Part shown: positions 26,308 through 36,651 of the stretch, in pieces
Position numbering within the stretch: the first letter of the stretch is position 1
Layout: each line of letters starts with the position of its first letter
Notes under the pieces: generated by a model
The model's database searches: none
The model's input: the letters and a program-made list of their open reading frames with translations, nothing else
What the model was told of the DNA's origin: nothing
Assembly (NCBI GenBank): GCA_039190745.1
Contig: JBCCXZ010000026.1
Span: 1 to 48,065 of the forward strand
Source: Planctomycetota bacterium
GTDB lineage: Bacteria; Planctomycetota; Planctomycetia; Pirellulales; Lacipirellulaceae
Direction: 5' to 3'
DNA: 48,065 nucleotides
Translations under genes and position numbers: made by a program

Positions 26308-29300
26308 TTAACCGCGGAGGAAAGCGAAGAGGTCAGCGACCTCCTCCAGCGACAGCTCGTTGAGCAGCCCTTGGGGCATAACGGAAGTCGCGCTGGGCTG
26401 CACGCTCTCGATTTCGTCCGGGCCTAGCTCAAGCTGCCGGCCGTCCGAGAATTGGACGAGCAACGCCCCGCCAGGCTTCTCGACGACGATACCCGGGTAG
26501 GTTTTCCCGTCGGTTGTGACGACGACCTTGCTGGCGTACTGGTCTGAGACAACGTGCGAAGGGTAGACAATGGATTCGAGGATCTCCTTGTCCTGGAATC
26601 TTTTGTTCACATGAGTGAGGTCGGGGCCCAACCCCTCCCACTCGCCGGCGTAGCGGTGGCAGGCGGCGCATTGGGCTTTGATGTAGGCGGCCCGTCCCTG
26701 GCGCGGGTTGCCCTCTTTTCCCGTCGGGCTCCTTAGGAAGCTCAGCAGTTCTTCGTAGCTCCAGCGGTCTCTGCCCGAGTCGACCGGCAGCTCTGCGGGG
26801 GGCGCGTCCGGGAAGTTCGCGGCGTAACGCTGCTGCCAGCCGACCAATCGGGTCTGCCACTGGTCTTTCGAAGGTTGGCCGCCCGCCCAGTGGTCGAGGA
26901 GTTGCACGGCTTCGCCTCCGCCGCTCTCCTGCAGTTTTAAGCCCTGCAGGATTACCTGGCGGTATGGCTCGGGGTCTGAGGGCCGTTGATTGACGGCGCG
27001 GAGAGAAGTGAGCACCTCGCGCGCCGCGACGCCTTCCACGGTCTTCAGAGAGTCGACCAGCACCCGCCAGTTCTCGCCTTGGGGGTTCTGAGTCAGGCTC
27101 ATCGCGACGGTTTCGCGCTGCTGCGGTTCGTTCTGGTAAAGGGAGTGCAGGTACTGATGCGCTTGGCTGTTGCCACTCCGACCGAGCACCGCGGCGATAC
27201 CCACCCGGAGCCGGCGGTGCACGTCGGCCTTCTCTGCGAGCGGCTTCACGCGGCGGTCCAACGCGATGAGCTTCTCGATTAGGTCTGGCGGCAGTTCTTG
27301 AGGTAGCCTCGCCAAGACCGAGAGGGCTGATGCGGGCCACTCGTGGCCGCTGAGCAGCACGCGGTCTCGTTCAGCAGGAGTGAGCTTAGTGAAGAAGTCG
27401 CGGGCGAACGCTTCGATGTAGCCGCTCACGCTGTAGCCGCCTTCGGCTCCCGTTGTCGACTCGAAGAACTTGAGGAACGCGAATTTGGAATCAGTGTTCC
27501 ACCCGCGGTTAAGTCGCGCGGCGTGGCCGGCTAGGTGGATCTTGTCTGCCGTGGGCATCTCGGCTGCGACTTGGGCCGAGAAAGCCGTGGCCGCAGGTCC
27601 CCACTGGAGCTCGGTAAGCAGCCGAACGATCTCGCGGTCGACTTGGAGCGTGTTGGTTGGGTAAAGCTTTGCGACGACGGCCGCGAGGCGGTCTTGGGAA
27701 TCTGTGGCTGGCTCGGACCGCGCGAGACAAAGTTGGGCCACCCGTAGAGCACCAAGGATGTCTCGGAACGAGTTCGCTTCGGCTTGCTCCAGGATCGTCA
27801 CGCAACGGTCGATGATCTCAGCGGAGGTGGTGCTCGAAGGGTTCGTGGTGATGAGCGCGACGCTGCCGACAAGAAAGGCCCGATTGTCGGTGGATTCTGC
27901 AAGAACAAGCTCGCTCCATTGATTGGCTGGTAGGGTCTCTAGCAGCCTGCGGGCGGCGTTCGTTACAAATCGATCGTCCTCACCCAAGAGGGGCAGCAGC
28001 TTGTTGGGGTCGGCCTGAAGGCCGGTGCGTGCCATCGATTCGCAAGCCACGCGGCGCACTCGTGCGTCTTTATCCCCCAGCAAGCTTGAGAGCAGGCCCG
28101 GGTCTGCCGATTCCCCCAGCATGAGCGAAGCTGCTTTGGCTCGAACTTCCGGGCGGGGGTCTTTGGCGAGAGGCCTCAAGGTATCTAGCCGAGGGTAGGG
28201 GCCGATCGTGGCGAGGAGGTGCAGAGCCGAGACGCTGTCTGCGGGGGTTCTCTCGGGATCGGCTGCGACCGACGCCAGCGAGGTCGCCCAACGGGCTCCC
28301 GCTGCTCTTTGCACTTGCCGGATCCGCCGGCGTGCCCAGGCCGAATTGGGCTGCGGGTTTTGGATCGCTTCGGCAACAGTGCCAGCCTGTACGGAGGGTG
28401 GGGCGGAGGGTTTCCCCGTCCAACGCACGCGGTAGACGCCGCCGTCGGTGGCTCGGCCGCCGGTTGTGAAATAGACGGCCCCATCGGGCCCGACGGCCAG
28501 GTCGGTGACGTTGAGGGGTTGGCCGGAGATGAACAGCTCGCTCCGACCGGCGACCGTCGCTCCGTCTGGGCGGAGCCGGACCGCGAAGATCTTGCCGCGG
28601 GCCCAGTCGCAAGCGAGGAGTGCTCCATGGTACTTTTTGGGGAAGACGGTGTGCTGGTAGACCTCGACGCCGGTCGGGGAACCGGGCCCGACTTCGACCA
28701 TTGGCGGCAAGCTATCCAGGTGGTACGAAGGCCACTTCGCCCAGCCGCTCCGCCAGCCGAAGTCGGCGCCGGCGGTCGCGTGGAGGATGCGGGTCGGACG
28801 GTACCAGGGTGCACCGATGTCCCATTCCATGTCTGAGTCGAACGTCACGATGTCGCCGTCGGGCGTGAACGCGAAGTCGTAAGCGTTCCGGAGGCCCGTG
28901 GCTACGACCTCGGTAAAGCGGCCCTGCCGGTCGGTGCGGTAGACGATCCCGCCGGGGGCGGGGATGCCAACGGCGTGGCCACGCGCGTCTTCGTAGCGGG
29001 GCTGAATGAGGTCGCCTTCGTAAGCTTTTTCAAGCAGCCCCGGGATCGGCCGCGGGCTCTTGATCGAGGCGTGGTTCCCAACGATGCCGTAGATCATGCC
29101 GTCCGGCCCGAGCCGCACTGCGTGCGGGCCGTGTTCGCCTCGCGAGCCCTTAAACTGCACCAGCGGACGCACGTCTTCGGCGACCCCGTCTCCGTTGGCG
29201 TCGGTCAGACGGTAGAGAGCAGACCCCGCCGGGCCGCTGCCGACGGCGTAGACGCTGCCGTCCAGAGCGAGCAAGCCTTGAGCGCTCTGAACTTGTCCGC

Positions 29301-30054
29301 AGAACACGCTGGAGGTATCGGGGGCGCCGCTGCCGTCGGTGTCTCGAACCAGCAGTAGTGGGCCGCGTTCTTGTGAGACGATCAGGTCACCGTTCTCGTT
29401 GAACGTCATCGCGATTAGTGAGCCGACCTCGTCGTGGGTCATCGACCGTTCGATGACAAAGCCGTCCGGCACAGTGAACCGAGAGCCTTCGCCCGCGAAG
29501 ACGACCTCGTCGCCCCAGGGCAGTGTGGCGCCGAGCGGGCCAAACTCCTGGGCGGCGAGCCAGTCTTCCGAAGGGAACGCGGCTTGGGTCCAGCTTGCGT
29601 AGCGGCGGACGCTGCACCGCCAGGTGTCGTCGGTCAGCAAGACCTTTACGGGGTCCGACTGCTGTTCCGCAATCAGCCGCGCCGCGAGGCCCGCGGTGCC
29701 CGTGTCGGTGTTGCGGACGTGCACCGCAACTACGTTCATCCCGTTGACCAGAGCCTTGCTGATGTCGTGGACATTCATCCGCCGCCAGTCGCCGCCGCGG
29801 CCGACGGGCTGTGAGTTGACGAAGACTTCGTAGGCGTTGTCGGCCGTGATCTGAATCTGCCCTGAGGTAGGTCTGGCCAGCTCAAACGTCTTGCGGAAGT
29901 AGCAGTCGACCGCAGGGACGTCGCCTTTCTTGTGTGCCGGCGACCAGACCCACATTGGTTCGTCGATCGCGGCGGCTGGTTGCTGGATGAGTGAAGCAAG
30001 CAGTGCAGCAAAAAGCAGCGGCCCGAGGCCGTTTGTTCGAATCCGTTCGGTCAC
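26308..30054 (-). CDS. PVC-type heme-binding protein: CBM-like domain, beta-propeller, HEAT repeats, c-type cytochrome
   Basis: Signal peptide; WVW...YFRKTF...TADNAY domain; FTVPDGF...EHGPH...GLRNAYDFAF...GSPTG propeller; HEAT repeats; CAACH, GPDLT, ILESIVYPS, SVMPQGL. Confidence 0.9.
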   Translation of the reverse strand: MTERIRTNGLGPLLFAALLASLIQQPAAAIDEPMWVWSPAHKKGDVPAVDCYFRKTFELARPTSGQIQITADNAYEVFVNSQPVGRGGDWRRMNVHDISKALVNGMNVVAVHVRNTDTGTAGLAARLIAEQQSDPVKVLLTDDTWRCSVRRYASWTQAAFPSEDWLAAQEFGPLGATLPWGDEVVFAGEGSRFTVPDGFVIERSMTHDEVGSLIAMTFNENGDLIVSQERGPLLLVRDTDGSGAPDTSSVFCGQVQSAQGLLALDGSVYAVGSGPAGSALYRLTDANGDGVAEDVRPLVQFKGSRGEHGPHAVRLGPDGMIYGIVGNHASIKSPRPIPGLLEKAYEGDLIQPRYEDARGHAVGIPAPGGIVYRTDRQGRFTEVVATGLRNAYDFAFTPDGDIVTFDSDMEWDIGAPWYRPTRILHATAGADFGWRSGWAKWPSYHLDSLPPMVEVGPGSPTGVEVYQHTVFPKKYHGALLACDWARGKIFAVRLRPDGATVAGRSELFISGQPLNVTDLAVGPDGAVYFTTGGRATDGGVYRVRWTGKPSAPPSVQAGTVAEAIQNPQPNSAWARRRIRQVQRAAGARWATSLASVAADPERTPADSVSALHLLATIGPYPRLDTLRPLAKDPRPEVRAKAASLMLGESADPGLLSSLLGDKDARVRRVACESMARTGLQADPNKLLPLLGEDDRFVTNAARRLLETLPANQWSELVLAESTDNRAFLVGSVALITTNPSSTTSAEIIDRCVTILEQAEANSFRDILGALRVAQLCLARSEPATDSQDRLAAVVAKLYPTNTLQVDREIVRLLTELQWGPAATAFSAQVAAEMPTADKIHLAGHAARLNRGWNTDSKFAFLKFFESTTGAEGGYSVSGYIEAFARDFFTKLTPAERDRVLLSGHEWPASALSVLARLPQELPPDLIEKLIALDRRVKPLAEKADVHRRLRVGIAAVLGRSGNSQAHQYLHSLYQNEPQQRETVAMSLTQNPQGENWRVLVDSLKTVEGVAAREVLTSLRAVNQRPSDPEPYRQVILQGLKLQESGGGEAVQLLDHWAGGQPSKDQWQTRLVGWQQRYAANFPDAPPAELPVDSGRDRWSYEELLSFLRSPTGKEGNPRQGRAAYIKAQCAACHRYAGEWEGLGPDLTHVNKRFQDKEILESIVYPSHVVSDQYASKVVVTTDGKTYPGIVVEKPGGALLVQFSDGRQLELGPDEIESVQPSATSVMPQGLLNELSLEEVADLFAFLRG

Positions 30055-30370
30055 TGGAGGGTCCTGAAGAGCGGTGGCGTGGGGAGCCTTAGTTGGTCAC
30101 GAGCAGCGCGGCGGGTAACGCAAGCGTGTCTCGCTGGCGCTGAATCTATCACCAGTCTTAAACCGAGAGCAACACGACGTTTCCCGCCCAGAAACCTGGT
30201 TCTAACGGCCCGAACTGCTAGCAGCAGAGCTGCGTACCAGCCGCATTGACCCGGGGAGAGCGGTTGGTCTAGGATCGCCGCGTAAGACCTTACAACTACT
30301 GGATTAACGTAAAAGCTCGCATCGCTAGCCAAAGGTTTGTGACAGCGGGGCATCCCCGGGAAGGGTTTCT

Positions 30371-32305
30371 ATGACCGGTCTCTTTCACCCGCTAAGCGCT
30401 TTGTCCTGCCTGTTCATGCTGCTTGCCTGCGGATGTTCCTCTGATTCCTCGAAGGAATCGTCGGGTGTCGTCGAGAGTGATGTGGTAATTGGAGACTTGG
30501 TCGAACCCTTCACCCCGCCCTCGCTAGCCGAGCTCATCGAGAAGAACCAGTGGGGAGATCGCGAAGTCGTTGATTTCTTTGAGCGTCTCCGTGAGAGCCA
30601 CGATGCGGAGTGGGGGGAACCCGAACTCTCGGCAGAAGAAGCATTAGCCCTTAGGAACGGGTCAGCCGAAGACAACCGCAAGATTCTGCAGACACTCGGC
30701 CGCCTAGCGCCCGCGGACGGATCGGGGGTGGATAAGGACGCGGTGATCGTGAGGAAAGCGAACTCGGACCTGAAGAGCAGCAACCCGATCCTCCAGTCGC
30801 TGTTGACCGAGCAGGAATATCACCGTCTGACGGGCCTGGCTTTAGTGGGCTATGACAAAGACTTCTTGTTTTATGCCGACGCCAACATCGTGACCTCGTG
30901 GCAGACGAGCGAAGACAACCTAGTCGATGTGCTAAAGATCAGAAATGACCTTACTTGGTCGGATGGGGAGCGCGTAACAGCTTACGACTTCGAGTTTGCC
31001 TTCTTCGCCATCATGACTGAAGACGTTGTGGTGCCATCCCTGCGGCAACCGGCCGAACAGATCAAGTGGGTGAAGGCCTACGATGACCAGACCCTGGTGT
31101 TTTTTCACAAGAGGCCGCTCGCAACAAACACAGCGAACATAAATGCGATTCCGGCGATCCCGAAGCACGTCTACGAGGAGGCGATCCTTGAAGACCCCAC
31201 GCTATCCAAGAGCGCACGGCACTCTGAGCTTGAAGACAACCCGATCACAGCGGGACCATATGAGCTTGTGAAGCGAGAACGGGGGCAGGAGTTTGTGGTT
31301 CGCCGGCGTGAAGGGTGGTTCATGCATGAGGGCAAGCAGGTACGGTCGGTGCCCCACTTCGCTGAAGTCCGCTTTAAGGTGATCGAGGACTACAACACCG
31401 CGCTGCTTGCCCTCAAGAACGGGCAACTCGATGAATCGGAGTTTACGGCTGAGCAGTGGGCCACCCAGACCGACGACGCCGATTTCTACAAGAAGAACAC
31501 GAAGATAACCGGCAAGGAATGGACCAGGTACTACATCTGCTGGAACATGAGGTTGCCGCTTTTCGAGGACAAACGCGTGCGTAAGGCTATGTCATACTCA
31601 CTCGACTACGACGAGATGCTGCAGACCATCCACTACGGTGTTCATCTGCCCTCCCGCGGGACGTTCCATCCGGACTCCTGGATGTTTCCCGAAAATGGCC
31701 CCGAGCCGTATGTGCAAGACCTGGACGAGGCGGAGCGATTGCTCGATGAAGCCGGTTGGGTCGATTCGGACGGTGACGGGGTGCGCGACAAGGAGATCAA
31801 CGGCCGGAGGGTGCCTTTCCGCTTTACCATGCTCACGACCCTTACTGAAGCGAGCCGCGCCACGGCCATTCTTCTGAAAGAGAGTCTTGATCAGATCGGA
31901 GTCGAGGTCATACCCAAACCGACCGAGTTCACAGTTCTTGTTCAGAAGTGCCGGGATAAGGATTTCGAGGCCTTTCTAGGGGCCTGGATTACCGGGGCAG
32001 ATCCAGACTCGGGCACGAACTTGTTCGCAACTGGCGAGATGCGAAACTACCCGGGCTATTCAAACGAAGAAGTCGACAGACTGTTCGACGAAGGCCGCGT
32101 CGAGACTGATATTGAGAAGCGGGCAGCCATATACGGGCAGATTCACAATCTCTTGTGGGAGGATCAGCCTTACACCTGGTTGATCTACAGGAACTCACTC
32201 TACGGGTTTAGTAAGCGTTTACGTGGCTACAGTTTTGCTCCGGACGGGCCCTACGGCTACTACCCCGGATTCCAGGGTATCCACGTTCTCGAAGCTCAGC
32301 CGTAA
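30371..32305 (+). CDS. Peptide ABC transporter substrate-binding lipoprotein (family 5)
   Basis: Lipobox LLACGC; WSDG..VTAYD..F; PITAGPY; DKRVRKAM; LLDEAGW.D.DGDG; N.EVD.L. Confidence 0.93.
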   Translation: MTGLFHPLSALSCLFMLLACGCSSDSSKESSGVVESDVVIGDLVEPFTPPSLAELIEKNQWGDREVVDFFERLRESHDAEWGEPELSAEEALALRNGSAEDNRKILQTLGRLAPADGSGVDKDAVIVRKANSDLKSSNPILQSLLTEQEYHRLTGLALVGYDKDFLFYADANIVTSWQTSEDNLVDVLKIRNDLTWSDGERVTAYDFEFAFFAIMTEDVVVPSLRQPAEQIKWVKAYDDQTLVFFHKRPLATNTANINAIPAIPKHVYEEAILEDPTLSKSARHSELEDNPITAGPYELVKRERGQEFVVRRREGWFMHEGKQVRSVPHFAEVRFKVIEDYNTALLALKNGQLDESEFTAEQWATQTDDADFYKKNTKITGKEWTRYYICWNMRLPLFEDKRVRKAMSYSLDYDEMLQTIHYGVHLPSRGTFHPDSWMFPENGPEPYVQDLDEAERLLDEAGWVDSDGDGVRDKEINGRRVPFRFTMLTTLTEASRATAILLKESLDQIGVEVIPKPTEFTVLVQKCRDKDFEAFLGAWITGADPDSGTNLFATGEMRNYPGYSNEEVDRLFDEGRVETDIEKRAAIYGQIHNLLWEDQPYTWLIYRNSLYGFSKRLRGYSFAPDGPYGYYPGFQGIHVLEAQP

Positions 32306-32359
32306 CGCTTCTTGGAAGGCGTCACTGTGTGCCCTAGCCCGTTATTCTCTTGAGCCTCT

Positions 32360-33343
32360 ATGGTCTCGTATCTTCTTCGTCGCTTGCTGATTGCCGGCCT
32401 GACGCTGGTGATGATCACCTTCGTCGTGTATGCGCTAATCCGTAATATGCCGGGTACGCCACTGACGACGGACCCGCAGATGATGAACCCCGCGAGCCAG
32501 CTCTCGGAAGAGGACATCGCGCGGCTGAACAAGCTCTACGGCCTCGACAAGCCTTGGTACGTCGCTTACTTCAGATGGCTGTCGAATCTGCTTGTACTAG
32601 ATTTGGGGACCTCGATCCCTCGGAACAATGTCCCGGTATGGAAGCTTATCAGCGAGAGGGTGCCCGCGACGCTAGTGCTCTCGGTCACTTCGATGTTGTT
32701 CGCATACCTCCTTTCCATCCCGCTCGGACTCTGGTCAACCGCCAAGTCGGGTTCCGTCCCAGAGCGGACAGTCAGCACGTTGCTCTATATGCTCTACTCG
32801 CTGCCGTCCTTTGTGGCTGCGCTCTTCTTGCAGATCGTGTTTGCGGTGAAGCTGGGCTGGCTGCCGTTGTTTGGGATGACTAGCAACAACTACGCTGAGT
32901 TGACCGTATTGGGGAAAGCGGCAGACATCTTTACGCACGCTGCGCTGCCTGTTGTTTGCTTTACCTACGGCAGCCTGGCCTACTACACCAGGTTCATCCG
33001 ATCGAACATGCAGGAGGTGATCCGCCAGGATTACATCCGCACTGCCCAGGCAAAAGGCGTAACGCCTTGGCGAGTTCTCAGTCGGCACGCGTTCCGGAAC
33101 ACCTTGGTGCCATTGGTGACGCTCATCGGGCTGACTCTGCCCAGCCTCTTGAGCGGGGCAGTCATCCTTGAGCAGATCTTTACGTGGCCGGGCATGGGGA
33201 GGCTGTACTTCGAAGCCATCGGCCAGCGCGACTACCCGACGATTATGGGCCTCACGCTGGTGTTTTCTACGCTGACTCTGGCCGGGCAGTTGCTTGCCGA
33301 CATCCTTTATGCGGTCGTTGACCCGAGAGTCTCATACCATTGA
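32360..33343 (+). CDS. Peptide ABC transporter permease (OppB/YejB-like)
   Basis: YLLRRLL, YGLDKP, DLGTS, DYIRTAQAKG (EAA-like loop), HAFRN, EQIFTWPGMG, DPRV. Confidence 0.95.
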   Translation: MVSYLLRRLLIAGLTLVMITFVVYALIRNMPGTPLTTDPQMMNPASQLSEEDIARLNKLYGLDKPWYVAYFRWLSNLLVLDLGTSIPRNNVPVWKLISERVPATLVLSVTSMLFAYLLSIPLGLWSTAKSGSVPERTVSTLLYMLYSLPSFVAALFLQIVFAVKLGWLPLFGMTSNNYAELTVLGKAADIFTHAALPVVCFTYGSLAYYTRFIRSNMQEVIRQDYIRTAQAKGVTPWRVLSRHAFRNTLVPLVTLIGLTLPSLLSGAVILEQIFTWPGMGRLYFEAIGQRDYPTIMGLTLVFSTLTLAGQLLADILYAVVDPRVSYH

Positions 33344-34506
33344 GCGACAGAACCCTCAACCTGATTCCCTCTGAATCGACCGCTGCACAGACCGCAGGGT
33401 CTGGGTTCTGGGTTGAGGCCTGGCGTCGATTTAGGCATCGACGCCTCGCGATGCTGGCATTGGGGTTCATTGCGTCGCTCGCGCTGGTGGCCCTCTTTGC
33501 TCCGATAGTTGCCGGTACCAAGCCGATCGTCTGCAGATACAAGGGCGAAATCTACTTCCCGTGCCTGGGCTACTACCACGCCGCGTGGGAGAACCCCGTC
33601 TTCCGGCGGGACAAGTTCCGACGCAACGCCTACCCCTGGCAGCTGCACGACAAGGACCCCGAGAGCTGGGCGGTTTGGCCGTTGGTTTATCAGGACCCCT
33701 ACCGCCGCGTGACGCAACGGGACTGGGGCGTGCGCGACCGTAAGACTCGTGAATGGGCTTTCGTGCCCGGCTGGGAGGACCGAGAGCCGAACCCTGCCGG
33801 CGTGGACGGCGTGCCGACCGGGAACAACTTCTTTGGCACGAACCAGCAGGGCGTGGACGTGTTTGCACAAATGGTGCACGGCACGCAGGTGGCGCTCAGC
33901 GTCGGCTTTATCTCGATGGGGATTGCTTCGGCGATCGGGATCACCATTGGGGCGCTCGCGGGTTACCTGGGCGGGTGGGTTGACATCCTGCTCAGCCGGT
34001 TGATTGAACTTGTGATGTGCATCCCGACGCTGGTGCTGATTCTTGCGCTGGTCGCCATGTTGGAGGAGGTCTCCAACTTCCACTTGATGGCGATCGTCGG
34101 GGTGACCAGTTGGACGGGCATCGCACGGCTGACCCGCGCGGAGTTCTTGAAACTGAGGCAGATGGAGTTCGTTACCGCCGCCCGGGCGCTCGGCGCCAGC
34201 CCAAGCCGGATTATGACGCGGCACGTGCTGCGCAACGCGCTCGCGCCGGTGCTGGTTCCAATCACGTTCGGCATCGCCGCCGCGATCCTGATCGAGAGCG
34301 GGCTGAGTTACCTCGGTTTCGGCGCGTCGCCCCCCAACCCGAGTTGGGGGGCGCTGCTCCGTTCGGGGCGGAACACGATCCAGCAGACGTGGTGGCTGAT
34401 TGTGTTCCCGGGAACCGCGATTTTTCTTACGGTGCTCGCGTACAATTTGATCGGCGAAGGCCTGCAGGAGGCGACCGACCCTCGGCTCCGCCAGGACAGC
34501 CACTAA
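33340..34506 (+). CDS. Peptide ABC transporter permease (OppC/YejE-like)
   Basis: KPIVCRYKGEIYFP insertion as in YejE; FGT...G.DV; EFVTAARALGAS; SYLGFG..P..PSWG; DPR. Confidence 0.93.
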   Translation: MSDRTLNLIPSESTAAQTAGSGFWVEAWRRFRHRRLAMLALGFIASLALVALFAPIVAGTKPIVCRYKGEIYFPCLGYYHAAWENPVFRRDKFRRNAYPWQLHDKDPESWAVWPLVYQDPYRRVTQRDWGVRDRKTREWAFVPGWEDREPNPAGVDGVPTGNNFFGTNQQGVDVFAQMVHGTQVALSVGFISMGIASAIGITIGALAGYLGGWVDILLSRLIELVMCIPTLVLILALVAMLEEVSNFHLMAIVGVTSWTGIARLTRAEFLKLRQMEFVTAARALGASPSRIMTRHVLRNALAPVLVPITFGIAAAILIESGLSYLGFGASPPNPSWGALLRSGRNTIQQTWWLIVFPGTAIFLTVLAYNLIGEGLQEATDPRLRQDSH

Positions 34507-34557
34507 TCTATTGTTGGGAAAGACCCCGTCGAAACCGGGGCGATGAGGGAACACTGC

Positions 34558-36423
34558 ATGAGCGCGACTCAACCGGTGCTGGAGATCGACGACCTCCGCA
34601 CACATTTCAACACCGACGAAGGCGTCGTCCGGGCGGTCGACGGGGTGACGCTGCGGATCGATGTCGGGCACACGTTGGGCATTGTGGGCGAGAGTGGGTC
34701 GGGCAAATCGGTCACCTCGCTCTCGGTGATGCGGTTGTTGGCCCCGTCGGCGGAGATCGTGTCCGGGAAGATCGCGCTGCTCGGCAAAGACGTGGTGGCG
34801 CTTCCGCCCGCGGAGGTGCGCAGCGTCCGCGGCAAGGAAGTCAGCATGATCTTCCAGGAGCCGATGACCTCGCTGAACCCGGTGTTCACGGTCGGCGCGC
34901 AGGTGATGGAAGCGCTGATGCTTCACGAGAGCATGACCAAAGCGGAGGCGCGGGAGCGGACGATCGAGTTGTTCGAGGAGGTTGGCATCCCGGATCCGTC
35001 GCAGCGTATCGATTCGTATCCGCACCAGATGTCGGGCGGTCAGAAGCAACGGGTGATGATCGCGATGGCTTTGTCGTGCAACCCGAAGCTGCTCATCGCG
35101 GACGAGCCAACGACGGCGTTGGACGTGACGATCCAGGCACAAATCCTCGACATGTTACGGGAACTGCGCGACAAGCGGGGCATGGCGATCTTGTTCATCA
35201 CGCACGACCTCGGCGTGATCGCGGAGATCGCGGACGAGGTGCTGGTGATGTACCGGGGCGAGATGGTCGAGTCCGGCAAGGTGCTGGACATCTTTGAGAA
35301 CCCTCAGCACCCGTACACGAAGGGTTTGTTGGCGTGCCGCCCTCGACTGGAGACCACGTACCGGCTGCTACCGACGGTCGACGACTTCATGGAGACCCGG
35401 GAGGTGGACGGCCTGGTCGAGGTGATCGAGAAGCAACTCGACGCGGCTAGGCTAAACGAGCTAGCAACCACCGGCCGCGGCCGCCTGCTGCACCCGATGC
35501 CAGAACTGGAGGCGATGGGCCACCCGTGGGATTCGACGCCACGTGAGGCGGACACGACCGTGGTCGAGAGAGGTGCGCAGCCGCTACTCGAGGTGGAAGA
35601 CTTGAAAGTCCATTTCCCGGTGAGGCGGGGGGTGTTCAGCCGGGTCGTCGACCACGTGAGGGCGGTCGACGGAGTGAGCTTCCGGGTCTACCGGGGGCAG
35701 ACGTTGGGGTTGGTTGGCGAGTCAGGGTGCGGCAAAACAACAACGGGTCGAGCTTTGTTGCGACTGATTGAACCGACCGCGGGGCGTGTTCATTTCGAGG
35801 GTCAATACGTTCGTTCGCTGGATCGTGCCGAGCTCCGCAAGCTGCGGAGCCGTATGCAGATAATCTTCCAGGACCCTTATGGTTCGCTGAATCCGCGGAT
35901 GACCATCGAGTCGGCGGTGACCGAGCCGATGGTGATTCAGGGGATCGGAGATAGCCGGGCAGAACGGCGGGAGCGGGCCGCCGGGCTGCTGGAGGAAGTG
36001 GGCATGTCGGCCGATCACCTCCGCCGGTACCCTCACGAGTTCTCCGGAGGGCAGCGGCAGCGGATCTGCATCGCCCGGGCAATCGCCGTGGAGCCCGAGT
36101 TCATCGTCTGCGACGAGTCGGTCTCGGCGCTCGACGTTTCTGTGCAGGCCCAGGTGCTGAACCTGCTCAAGCGGCTTCAGGAGACGCGCGGCCTGACCTA
36201 CATCTTTATCAGCCACGACTTGAGCGTCGTGAAGTTCATGGCTGACATGATGGCCGTGATGAATGCGGGGAAGATTGTGGAATTCGGCCCGTCGGAGGCG
36301 ATCTACGCCGACCCGCAAGAAGACTACACAAGAAGGCTAATCGGGGCGACGCCCAAGGACGATCTCGAGCACATCCGAGCCGTGGTTGAGAAGCGGCGGA
36401 AGCTCCGCGAGGGCGGATCTTGA
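34558..36423 (+). CDS. Peptide ABC transporter ATP-binding protein with two fused NBDs (OppD-F/YejF-like)
   Basis: Two Walker A motifs ([16 protein letters not shown]), SGGQKQR/SGGQRQR signatures, ADEP/CDES Walker B. Confidence 0.96.
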   Translation: MSATQPVLEIDDLRTHFNTDEGVVRAVDGVTLRIDVGHTLGIVGESGSGKSVTSLSVMRLLAPSAEIVSGKIALLGKDVVALPPAEVRSVRGKEVSMIFQEPMTSLNPVFTVGAQVMEALMLHESMTKAEARERTIELFEEVGIPDPSQRIDSYPHQMSGGQKQRVMIAMALSCNPKLLIADEPTTALDVTIQAQILDMLRELRDKRGMAILFITHDLGVIAEIADEVLVMYRGEMVESGKVLDIFENPQHPYTKGLLACRPRLETTYRLLPTVDDFMETREVDGLVEVIEKQLDAARLNELATTGRGRLLHPMPELEAMGHPWDSTPREADTTVVERGAQPLLEVEDLKVHFPVRRGVFSRVVDHVRAVDGVSFRVYRGQTLGLVGESGCGKTTTGRALLRLIEPTAGRVHFEGQYVRSLDRAELRKLRSRMQIIFQDPYGSLNPRMTIESAVTEPMVIQGIGDSRAERRERAAGLLEEVGMSADHLRRYPHEFSGGQRQRICIARAIAVEPEFIVCDESVSALDVSVQAQVLNLLKRLQETRGLTYIFISHDLSVVKFMADMMAVMNAGKIVEFGPSEAIYADPQEDYTRRLIGATPKDDLEHIRAVVEKRRKLREGGS

Positions 36424-36438
36424 TGCAGAACCGGTAGT

Positions 36439-36497
36439 AAGCCGCAACGTGACGGGGAGCCCGAGGGGACGCGGGCTCCCGCGCCTCGCTACGGCTT
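36439..36497. repeat. REP-like long hairpin between convergent genes
   Basis: Outer arms AAGCCGCAACG / CGCTACGGCTT (pair with G-U on the minus strand); inner perfect 9-bp GGGAGCCCG / CGGGCTCCC (36455-36463 / 36472-36480). Confidence 0.55.
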
Positions 36498-36651
36498 CAA
36501 AGGGGGATCCGTCGACAGGGGAGAGCAAGCTCCGTGCCGCAATGCTGCCGCGGCTATTCTCGGCGGGAGAGCAGCAAGAATGCCGCTGAGCAGGTTGAGG
36601 TTGCACAACGTGCGAGGCGGAAATACCTCGCCGGCTTCCGGCCGGGGTGTG

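Noticed and set aside
33307..35142. 611-aa antisense ORF over the ABC permease/ATPase, and similar long shadow ORFs (8048-9391, 44709-46013)
   Set aside because: Typical high-GC shadow frames overlapping genes with clear family motifs
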